Assembly (NCBI GenBank): GCA_002104945.1
Contig: MCFH01000007.1
Location: forward strand, 310,001-374,000
Source: Piromyces finnis finn
Taxonomy: Eukaryota > Fungi > Neocallimastigomycota
DNA length: 64,000 nt
Reading direction: 5' to 3'
The position numbers were made by a program, and so were the translations under genes. The notes beneath the pieces were generated by a model that saw nothing but the letters and a program-made list of their open reading frames with translations, was not told the DNA's origin and made no database searches. Shown here piece after piece: positions 28,067 to 43,699 of this stretch (within the stretch, counting starts at the first letter, position 1; every line of letters starts with the position of its first letter).

Positions 28067-28487
28067 ATAGTAAATAAATAAATTATTCTTTTAAAAAAAA
28101 TATAAAAATATGGTAAAATGAAATAATTAATATTTAAAGGAAAAATCGGAACAATAGCACTATAATTGAATACTTATTAATGATAAGCAAGCATGATTTT
28201 ATATATTAATATATCATATATTTATTATATATTTATTATATATTTATTATATACCACAATAAATAACATAATTGAAATATATCTAAGTAGAATTAAAATA
28301 ATAAGAAAAAATTAACATATTATGTATATAGAGAAATAAATATTTAGTATAAAATGAATAATATTACAATAATTAATAAATCTATTTATTAAATAAATAA
28401 TAATAATAAGCAATAAAAAAATAAATGCTTCTTTATTTTTTTATTGCTTATTATATGTATTTAACAATTTAACAAAATCTTATAGAT

Positions 28488-29115
<628 letters not shown>

Positions 29116-30757
29116 AAAATGTTTATGAAAAGAAAAAAAAAACATATTTAAACCATTTTATTAAGCAATAAAGTAGAGGATTTTAGAAAAATATATAATA
29201 TATTCAATTGTATTTTTGGTTTTTATTACAAATTTAAACGAAAATATTTTTTATTTCAAAAAAGGAATAAACTTTTATATATCTAAATTACCTTCAAAAA
29301 TATTTTAATTAATAATATAATATTCTTTAATATTTTTTTATTAATTACAATACTAACATTATTATTAAATTTTTCTTTTTTTTTCGCATTTAGAAAAAAA
29401 ATAACTACTTTTATTAGATCATCTATTAAAAGAAAATTCTTTTTTAATTGGATATTTCAAATTCATAATATATTATTTTATAATAATATAATATATTATC
29501 TTTTTTTAATTTATAGAATATTCTTTTTTATAAAAAGAAAATTTTGCCATATGCTTTTATATTTTATATATACATTTAGTAAAAATTTTATAATGGGAGA
29601 TATAAAAGATATATAACGAAAAATTTCTGGTTAAAAATCTGGTAAGGGTTGAATTTATTATGGCTAAAAAGTGTGACTAAAATCTCAAAAAATCTAGGAT
29701 AGTTACTAATTCATCTATGCTTCTTTTTTCATCTTATTATTAACATTGTTAACTAAATTTTTTATCATTTTAATTATGACAACATGTAATACAAAGATAT
29801 AAAATGAAAATAAACTTTAACACACATCATAAATATTACTTATTAAAATAATTATTAATCTAAAAATCTTTTTTCTTTTTTCTCCATTATTATTAAATAT
29901 TTAATATTAAATCAAAATAAGATGGTAAATCAATGTAAAGTAGCTATACTCATATTTATTAAATAAATTAGAATGCTTATTAGAATATATATAATAAGTT
30001 TATATAACATTCTTCGTATATTTTATTATTTAACATATACATTAATGTATTCTTATAATTAAATAATAAAGGTAAATAAAATAAAAGATATAACGAATTT
30101 TATCATAAAACTATAAAAAGAAAGGTTTGTTTTGCTTTTTATTTATGTTAAATAAATAAAAATAATTCCGTCCTATTTGTTAAATGTTCTTAATCTTTAA
30201 ATATCAATTAATGCTATTTTTATACATACATCATTTTATAAATACATTTTATTTCATTTATCAACTTTACTTTTAATATAATTTAATATAATTTATATTA
30301 AATTATTGCTTTTTTTAAAATATTTGTTGCCGCTAATAAAAAAAAAGTCTTTTTTAGGAAAAAAAAAAAATTGTATTTTTAATTTATTTGTATTTACATT
30401 AATATAGGTTTTAAGTAAATTAATGATTAATATTGCATTCCATAATAAGTAAATTTTAGTATTTAATATAAATAAAATTGAAACATTTAATATGACTTAC
30501 TATTGTTATTATTAATAAAATTTTCTGTTGTAAAGTTGACTCATTTCATCATAATGATATTCTCTTTTTTAAAAAAAAAAAATAATTACAAATATATTGA
30601 ACTTTATTTTGGTTTTTTATTATAAAATTGAACAAATTTCTTTTTCTTATCTACTGAAAAAAAAAATCAAAAATAAATCAAAAAAAATTAAAAAAAAAAT
30701 ATAATAAAATAAAAATATCATTGAAATTAAAAAATAAAAAAACAAAAAAGTATCAAC

Positions 30758-33486
30758 ATGAAATTAAATTTAATATTGAAGTCTCTCAGTTTATGTTTAT
30801 TAACATCTTTCGTTAATTCTAAGGCGTTAAATGAATGTGAAGAAATCAAAGCATATTTAGGCCATGAAGTAAATTGTGAAGTTAATAAGTCTGGTCAAGT
30901 TAATTCTTTGTAAGTTTTATTAATATTAATAATATATAAATTAAATTAAATTATTAATTTTTTTTACCATATATATTTTCTTTTTATAGAACTATCAATA
31001 TTGATAAAAACTCAACAAAGGAACAAGTTGAAAAACTTTTATCCTATGATACTGTTACAAACTTGTGAGTAATAACTTTTAATTTATATTATTTTTTTTT
31101 ATTAAATTTAAAATTATTACTAATAAATTATTAAATTTAAAATAATAATTAAATATAGAGAATATAAAATTAATCTTGGTTTTGATGAGTACGAAGAAGA
31201 AAACTATACAGATATTTCATTTGCAATAAGCAAGTTAAAAAATTTAGAACACTTGTAAGAATATAATTATTCATTTTAATAATTTAAAATTATATTTATT
31301 AATGTTTTAATTTTTATTAATTTTTTATGTAATATTTATATATTTCATAGAAATATTATTTATAATAAATATACTAATTATTGCACCACTTTCTGTGAAA
31401 GTTACTACTTAAATACAATCAAGAAAGACACTTTAAGAGAATTAAGAAAATTAAAAACATTGTAAATATATTATTATAAAAAGTTATAATAGAAAATATA
31501 TAAAAATTTATATAACATATATTAAAAATAAAAAATAGGGAAATATTTGGAATAAAATTAACTAAAGATAACATTGATGAAATTACTTCCTTAGAAAATT
31601 TAGAAGAATTGTAATATTCATTTCTTGAAAATATTATACTATAAATATATTTAATAATTTAAATTATGAATGTATCAAAATTATTAATATAATTTTATTA
31701 TTTATTATAATAGGTCAATGAAAAAATGTGTTTATGAAAAATCTATTAATTATAAATCATTTAAAAATCTTAAAAAATTATCTAAATTGTAATGTTTTAA
31801 CTATTAAATAATAATGTTTATTAAAATTTTATTAATTTTTTCATATATATATATTAGAACTATTTATAAGAGTTGGTTTGGTTTTAATTATAGTGAAAAT
31901 GAAGAAAATGAAACATATGAATTCCCAAATGATTTATTATCTAATACCAATAGTTCATTAAAAGAATTGTGAGTAATAAAATCAATTTTTAAATATGAAA
32001 ATTAAATGGAAGGATAACATAATTATGGTATAACAACAATCTAACATAAATATATATATATATATTAGAGATTTAAGTTATTTGGAAATGGCAGAAATAG
32101 AAAATATTCCAAATGTTGAAAAATTGTAATTTTAAAAATTTATAATTATCAATAATGTTGTTATTACATTACTAATAATCAATTAATAATATTTATTTAT
32201 TTTATTTATTTTTTATTATAGAGTTATTGGAATTAATAATTTAAACGACTCAATTCATTTAAAAAAATTGGACAATCTTAAAGATTTGTAAATTTTAAAT
32301 CATTTATTAATTAAAAATGATAAATAATTTATTAAATATTTTAAATTATTCAAATATATAAAGAGAAATAGAATATATTCCATATGGACCTTACGGTGCT
32401 ATAACTTCACCACTAAATGTTGAGTTCCCAACATCTAATAATTTAGAAAAATTGTAAATATATATATATTCTATATTCAATTAATTTTACATTATCATGT
32501 AGTAATTTTGCTTTTGAATAAAAATTAATAATAGGATCTTAAATAGCATAAAGTTAAACGATGAGACTATGGGAAAAATTGGATCTTTAACCAATCTTAG
32601 AGAAATGTAAGGAAAAATAATAATATATGATGTATAATATATAATTTTTAATCATAATTATATAATTATTAATAAACAATCTTTTTGAAATTTAATAATT
32701 TTAGCAAATGCATCTTTTGTGAATTCACTATATCTAAAAATAAGCAATCAATAAATAATTTAAAAAATCTTCAAACATTGTAATTATATATAGATTAATT
32801 ATTTTTTATTTTACTAGTATATTTAAATATTTATATTTATAACTATATTTTTATAATTTATTAGGGTAATGACAAGAGAAACATTCCAAGGTCCAAGTTA
32901 CATCAATTTTGATTTACAATTATCCGAATTAGATCAATTAGTAGAATTGTAAGTCTTATTAATTAAAATAGTTATTTTTAATAAATTTTTAAAATATCTT
33001 TTAATTCATTCATTATTGTAACACCTATCACTACTATTAATAACAGAAAAATAAAAGACTTTACTATTGGAAAAAATACTCTTATTGAAATTGCTTGTTT
33101 ACCTAAGCTTGAAATGCTGTAAATAAACTTTAAAATATAAAATAATTATTGTTATACATGTAGTAATACATAATATAACATTTAATATTTATTTCTTATG
33201 TTTATAAATGTTATAATAAACAATTTATAGTGATGTTAATGGCTCAAAACTATATGAAGATAGTCACTTTGATTTTGATCCTTCTAATTGGAAAAAATCA
33301 TGCCCTTCAAATAAAACTGAAATAGTTACTACAACTACTAAAGTTGAGCCAACTCCAACTTCCGGAATTAATAATAATGAAAGTAATAATTCTGGTGCTG
33401 CTAATACTAAAGAAAACTGTTTAAATAAAATACATAATTGGTTAAACAATATCCTTCAAAAATTTAAAATTAAAAAGAACAATTAA
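30758..33486 (+). CDS. Secreted leucine-rich repeat (L-domain-like) protein; 15 exons
   Basis: Signal peptide MKLNLILKSLSLCLLTSFVNS and Cys cap (C..IK.YL....C); exons typically end in an LxxLxxL-type pattern (KLKNLEHL, SLENLEEL, SLTNLREI); Thr-rich tail; stop at 33484-33486. Confidence 0.85.
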
Positions 33487-34109
33487 TCAATAATATTTTG
33501 ATTCACATTGAAAACTAATATATATATACATTTATATTTATTTAAGTCTTAGAAATAGTAATTCTTAAATATAAATATATAAATATACAATAGCTATTTC
33601 TTTTCATTTGCAAATTTAAATAATATATATATAATTAAATATTAGTATATTATAGCACATGAAATATTATTATCATATAAATTAACAAATTTATAATAAT
33701 AATATTTTGTAAATATTTTTATCCTATTATCAATATCTCATAATATTTAATATTTATAAGCATTTATTTATTATCATTATTTATAAATTATAAATTGCAT
33801 TATCATTTATCAATATCGCATAATTTAATTATATATATATATAACATGATCATAAATATAATAAAATAAAAAAATTTTATGAAAAACAGTGACTGTAATA
33901 AAGTCTTTATTGGTTGTTTTTAGCTTCTCATTAATTAATTTGTTATATAATGCTTGATAATAGTGGAAATTTTAATATGTCATATGGTATATTTTTGCTT
34001 ATTAAAAGAAATAGTGATATTATCATTATAAATATTAATTGTTGGTTTTAATTGCTAGTTTTAATGGCATTTGTATCATATATTCCTTTAATTAAACTTT
34101 ATTATTAAA

Positions 34110-34916
34110 TTAAATTGCTATTGCCAGTAATAAAGTTACTCCTGACTGCCCTCGTGTCTGTCCATGTTGTGGATATGACGAACAATCTTTTTACCATTGG
34201 ATATTAGAATGTTCTGCATTCTCTGAGTACAGAACTTCTTCACTTAGCTTTCTTGACGATCTTTTTATCCTTTTTTACAATAAATATAAGAATCAATTCA
34301 TCACATACTTACTTTTTTACGTTCCTTCTTGGTGGAACTTTAGCTTATGATGAGCTACAAATCGATAAGGCGGAACAAAGACATTTGAATGAACAGCTTT
34401 ACAGTTCATCGGGGTCTCATGTTCCATATGTAGAGGGTCTCGCGGCTTTTCTTACTAAAATAATCCCTATCATTAGTAGCTCTATGAAGCTACTTTTTGA
34501 TAGGTTTAGTAAGACACCTAACGTAATCAAGAGCGCCGACGTCGTACTGATATGGCAAAGGAACATTTCCAATGTTCCGTACACAGGGTTCAATGTTAGT
34601 ATTTCCTCAAATTCAAATGAAAACATTATGAACTCATGGGAGAGTTTAGTGGACACCACACTATCATACCTGATGTTACTTCTTTTTTTTATTTCATTTA
34701 ATTTATTAGGTAGGGACCAATCCCACACAGTACAAATTGCAGAGTTCATTGAACTTTTATGCAACTTAAATAATTATTTTATATTATTTTATATTTATAT
34801 TTTTATTTATTATTTATTATATCAATATGTATTATCACCTAATATTGTGTAATATCACAAATTAAATAAATAAATAAAAGATATGTATTCTCTTCCTAGT
34901 CTAAAAAAAAAAAAAA
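34110..34916 (+). mobile_element. 3' fragment of a non-LTR retrotransposon (family B): zinc knuckle, C-terminus, 3' tail and A14
   Basis: Translates CPRVCPCCGYDEQSFYHWILEC...FLLGG...FLTKIIP..FDRF, homologous to CPNYCPCCKCGDQSIKHWLLDC...FLLGG...LLTKIMP..FKRF of the RT ORF at 54177-56885; frameshifted; ends TTCCTAGTCT(A)14. Confidence 0.85.
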
Positions 34917-35867
34917 TTATGATAATCTAGTGGAATATCATTATATCAATATTCATGAGTATTCTAAAATATAAAAAAAAATATTTAAGTTTCTTTTTAA
35001 GGAAAGAAATTTTAACAATAATAGTTCAAGGAAAATGGAAAGAACTTTGAAAGGGACAAATTAAATAAGGTAAAGTATTTATGAAATATATTCATTCACT
35101 CTTCAATCTCCTTTCGAAATTGTTATGTTATTGATTTAAAAGGGAAATATGTCTTTTCTGGAATATTTTATGGAAAGAAACAAATTTTTGTTAAAGAAAA
35201 TAAAAGTCTATTACTTTTCCATTAATAAATGATGTTATAATAAATAATAAGATAAAATAAAGAAAAAGATAAAAAGCAAAGAAAGAATAGAAAAAAAAAA
35301 TTAAATTCTTTTCAATATATAAAAAAATTAAAAAAAAAAAACAAATTTTTTTAAATAAATTATTCAATATATTAGAATATATATTAATATATATAAAGTT
35401 TTAAAATTTTTGTAATTATATTGAATGTATTAGTACCATAATATTTTCATTTCATCAAAAACTTATTTTAATTATTGTTAATCTTTTTATCACCTATTCA
35501 TACAATGTATAGGTTGTAATATTATACCAGAATCTATAGTATTTAATATAATTTTTATTTAAGAATCATTTTTATTTTCACTTTATTTTTTGTACTTTAC
35601 TTTTATATGCAATAATTAAATTGTTAATAAGTTTAATAATTTACTTTATTAATCCTTTTATTTCTTCTTTATTTTTTTTTTGCATTAATATTGAATTAGT
35701 TTATATGGGTTTGTTTTCAGTTTATTAACTACTTCTTGAAATCTTAAGTTTTTGTATATAAAGAGACTTGTATTACCATTTACTAATATATAACCTTCTT
35801 TATTTTTATTTTATTTCTATTTTTTATTTTTTTAATTCAATTTTTATAATTTTATATATATATATAT

Positions 35868-36310
35868 ATTCCTTCACAGTAGAACTTTAGGTTATGATGA
35901 ACTACAAATCGATAAGACGGAGCAAAAATATTTGAATAAATAACTTTACATTATTTATGAAACTTTACATTTCATCGGAATCTTATATTCCAATATATAG
36001 GTAGTCTCCGAGGATTTTCTTATTAAAGTAATTCCTATCATCAATAGTTCTATGAAACTACTTTTTAATAGGTTTAATAAAATACTTAGATTAGTCAAGA
36101 GCGTTTAAGTCCCATCGATATGGTAAAAGAACATTCTTAATTTTTTTTGTACTCAAGGAGGTCTAAATAATATTAGTAAATAAATTATATCATTTAGGAC
36201 TTGTGAGAAAGCCTAGTGCTACATTATTACACCCAAACTTACTTTAATTTATTAGGGTAAATTTCATATAGTACAAATTGCAGAGTTCATCAAACCACTA
36301 TGCAACTTAA
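35868..36310 (+). mobile_element. Degenerate second copy of the family-B LINE 3' end
   Basis: Colinear similarity with 34322-34770 (e.g. TTATGATGAACTACAAATCGATAAG; ACAAATTGCAGAGTTCAT..TATGCAACTTAAA), with many substitutions and indels. Confidence 0.8.
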
Positions 36311-36656
36311 ATTATTTTTATATTTTACCCTTATATTTTTATTTCTATTATATTTACTTATCTTTTATTTTATTAATATACATAATATCGTTTAAGGTAA
36401 CATAATATTAAAATTTTGATAAATAAATATAAGAAGTTTATTAGCTTATAATTCAATTAATTTTTTTTCATCATATTATACATTTATATCTTTAATCATA
36501 TTTTAAAAAATAAAGATAGCAAGAAAATAAATACTATATTTATGTTTGCGTTTATTTATTCATTATTATTATTCTACAATTAATTATATATAATCATTTT
36601 TTTTTACAACTTACATTTTATATTTATCAATATAATTTATTTTTTTCTTTTATATA

Positions 36657-36911
<255 letters not shown>

Positions 36912-36962
36912 TTCTTTTGTTTTTAGTTGTTTGTTATTTTTTTTTTATTGTTTATTTATTTT

Positions 36963-39513
<2,551 letters not shown>

Positions 39514-39989
39514 TGAATATATGGTTTGTTTGTTTGTTTGTTTGTTTGTTTTTTGTTGTTGTTATTGTTGTTGTTACTATTATAGTTGTATTTGTTTTTC
39601 GATTTTTTGTTTTTTTTGTTTTTCTTTAAATGATAATTGATTATCCTTACTTATTTTTTATATTTTCTTTTTCCTAGTAATTATTTACTGTCAAAATATA
39701 ATATATATATATATAAATTAATTTGACTTCAATGACATTATTAAAGTTACTATTATTTTTAATTATTTTTATTTTATTTTATTTTATTCAATTATTTTTA
39801 TTTAATATTTTATATACTTTTAAAAAAAAATTAGACTTTTTGATTTTAAATATATTTATTATTTTCTTATTTATTTATTTTCTTATTTATTTATTTTCTT
39901 ATTTATTTATTTTCTTATTTATTTATTTTCTTATTTATTTATTTTCTTATTTATTTATTTTCTTATTTATTTATTTTCTTATTTTTTAT

Positions 39990-40231
39990 TATTAAGAGTT
40001 GTTTAATTTAGGTTTATAATTATGTCAACTTTATTAATATATTTTATGATAAAGAACTACTTGCGTTACATTCTTCTCAAACTACATGTATTTATACATT
40101 TACATTGTGGCTTAAACATATAATCAAATACAATATATACAAATACGTTTTAATACATTTCAATACATTTGAATACATGTGACATAACGTTTCACATATT
40201 CTAACATTCCCCCTCAAACCTAATTTTCTAC
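39990..40231 (-). repeat. Extra LTR copy (39990-40206) with PPT, part of a 412-bp tandem duplication
   Basis: Identical by eye to 40402-40643. Confidence 0.9.
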
Positions 40232-40401
40232 TTAAAAAAAAATTAGACTTTTTGATTTTAAATATATTTATTATTTTCTTATTTATTTATTTTCTTATTT
40301 ATTTATTTTCTTATTTATTTATTTTCTTATTTATTTATTTTCTTATTTATTTATTTTCTTATTTATTTATTTTCTTATTTATTTATTTTCTTATTTTTTA
40401 T

Positions 40402-41238
40402 TATTAAGAGTTGTTTAATTTAGGTTTATAATTATGTCAACTTTATTAATATATTTTATGATAAAGAACTACTTGCGTTACATTCTTCTCAAACTACATG
40501 TATTTATACATTTACATTGTGGCTTAAACATATAATCAAATACAATATATACAAATACGTTTTAATACATTTCAATACATTTGAATACATGTGACATAAC
40601 GTTTCACATATTCTAACATTCCCCCTCAAACCTAATTTTCTACTAAGTAAAATTTGGTTTGCTGGTGAATATGTGCATTTTATTATTTCTAAACTATTAA
40701 CAATAAACTAAATCTAATGTTTAAAATTTTTATATTTCATTAACTGGAATTTAAAATATTTCACATATATTATTCACTAATTGCTTTAAAGAATTTAAAT
40801 ATTACCCTATAACTTCGTTTTTATGGATAAACTGAAAACCTTTGTATAATTGGGTAGTATTAAAGTTTAAAATTTGGATTGGATATTCATAAATTGTTAT
40901 ACCATCCATTAAGGATTGAAAATCCTTCCGGTTTTACATTATCCGGCGGTTTGATTCATCTTTCAGAGAATCATTTGAGAATTAATGAGATTCTCTCTTG
41001 AGAGTCTTGAGACTCATAATCTATTAAGAGTTGTTTAATTTAGGTTTATAATTATGTCAACTTTATTAATATATTTTATGATAAAGAACTACTTGCGTTA
41101 CATTCTTCTCAAACTACATGTATTTATACATTTACATTGTGGCTTAAATATATAATCAAATACGATATATACAAATACGTTTTAATGCATTTCAATACAT
41201 TTGAATACATGTGACATAACGTTTCACATATTCTAACA
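40402..41238 (-). mobile_element. Non-autonomous miniature Ty1/copia-type LTR retroelement (TRIM-like), 837 bp
   Basis: 217-bp LTRs at 40402-40618 and 41022-41238 (3 mismatches), TGTTAG...TTAATA termini, PBS GATTATGAGTCT, PPT GGTTTGAGGGGGAA, 5-bp TSD TTTAT. Confidence 0.88.
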
Positions 41239-41818
<580 letters not shown>

Positions 41819-41869
41819 TGTGTATTTTTTGCTTTAATTTTTAAAATCTATTAAAGTTTATCTAATAAT

Positions 41870-43699
41870 TTAATAAGAATCATGAAAATCAATTCTCATG
41901 TTATCATCATTATCATTTGATTTGAAATGTTGAAGATGATAAGTTGGTTCAGAATTTTCAATACCACTGTAGCCATTATTATTAGAAGGTGGTTGATAAA
42001 CTTGACTCATTGGTGGATCAAAGAGTTGAATTGGGTAATGAGCATCTAATGATTCTCTATATTCTTTTTTGGTTCTAATATGTGGACCACTTTGATTATT
42101 TTTCTTTGATAAAGAACGTTTAAGAGCTAAACTTGAATTACTAAGACTTCTACGAAGATGGGTTGAACCTCGAGAAATAGAACGCTTTATGTTTGAGAAA
42201 GCTTCTGGGAATTTTTCCTTTAAATTATTTATATTATTTGAATTACGTTTAGCATATAATAAACCTATACCTGCAGCACCAGTAACTACAAGGGCACCAG
42301 TAATTGGAAGAGCATAGTTAGAACCACCTTCTTCATTATCAACAACACTATTAACTATTGGTTCGAAATCTTTAGTTGTACTTTTATTTGGAGTAGCACT
42401 TATTGTACTTGAGTTAATAGGATTAGATTTATTACTTAATGGAGTAGCAACTGAAGTAACAACTGGAGTAATAACTGGAGAGATAATAGAAGTATTATTA
42501 AAAGTATTTATTGGGGTTGGAATACTAGTACTTGAAAGTAAAATTTTTGTTGTGATTGGAACAGTCTTACTATTAATTGATGTAATAATACTTGGTCTAT
42601 TTGATATGATTTTAGTTGTTTTAACAATAGTCTTTTCAGTAGTAGTTGTTTTCTTTATAGTTGTTGTAGTTTTTCTTGTAGTAGTTTTTTTAGTAGTGTT
42701 TTTCTTTGGTTCTTCACTTGAGGTTGAAGAAGTAGTACATTTACCATTACTGCAAGTACCACTTTTACCGAGTTGAGAACAATCAGTATATTCCCAATTC
42801 ATATAAATAACACCAACACTCAATTCTTCTAAAGTTTTAAATAAAGTTGGAGATGCATCTAAACCACCATATGGGCAACCTGGACATTTATCAATGATTC
42901 TTCCAACAACCCACTTATCTTTATATGTAACTTTTACACATTTATTACAAACAGATGCTGTGTTTGGATTATCAGATTTAACTTGACTTGGTTCATATTG
43001 CTCCTTATTCTATATATATATATATAAATAAAACATAAATATATATTAATTCTATTATACTATTTCTAAAAAATTAGATTTATTAAAAAAAATACATTTT
43101 ATTTTTAATAATTTAGTTCTTATAATTTACTTCTAATAATTATCATTTTTAATTTAGATATTTATTTTATATATTTTATTTTTCTTTCCTTTTTTTAAAA
43201 GAATATGATATATAATTTTTTTTTCATTTCTTTTTTAAAATATAATAATTTTTTCATTTCTTTTTTCTTTTCTTTTTTTTAAATATTATCTATATAATAT
43301 TTAATTTTTCATTTTAAGTACTCATCTTATTAGTATTGTATCAATTATTTTTATATTTATTTGAAATTCTACTTGTTTTGAATATTGAAATTTATCCTTC
43401 AAATTAATTTTGCTTACATTATTTTTCTTTAAATAATGTACATATATATTCTTTACTGTAATATATTTCTTTACTAAATAATAAAAACAATAATCATTTT
43501 AAATATTTCATTTTTAAATGCTTACTAAGGCAAGGTAATAATCAGTTTTTAAATCAACACCATCAATACCACAAGATGGTATAGCAGAAAGAGAAGGTCT
43601 ATTATTATTAAGACCATAATAAGTCATTTTTTTATTACAATAGGCAACACCAGCTATACTTAAAAAGCTAGTTATTTTGACTAGTTTATCAAAACGCAT
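41870..43699 (-). CDS. Membrane-anchored RlpA-like double-psi beta-barrel (loosenin/expansin-like) protein with a Thr-rich stalk; 2 exons
   Basis: Signal peptide; KMTYYG...PSCG...YYLAL|NKEQY...CNKCVKV...GRIIDKCPGCPYGGLDASPTLF...GVIYMNWEY; T/K/S/P-rich linker; TM helix LPITGALVVTGAAGIGLLY followed by AKR. Confidence 0.85.

Noticed and set aside
34253-34852. 199-aa ORF (and the 100-aa ORF at 52861-53163) as host genes
   Set aside because: They are read-through of the LINE ORF2 C-terminus and 3' tail, not independent genes.
35450-35810. Purine-rich minus-strand stretch that looks like decayed coding sequence (NKEGYILVNGNTSLLY...)
   Set aside because: It has multiple stops and no recognisable motif, so it cannot be supported as a pseudogene without a search.
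39820-41238. Three 217-bp direct repeats as a CRISPR-like or satellite array
   Set aside because: They are fully explained as LTRs (PBS, PPT, TSD) plus a local duplication; the repeat and spacer sizes are incompatible with CRISPR.
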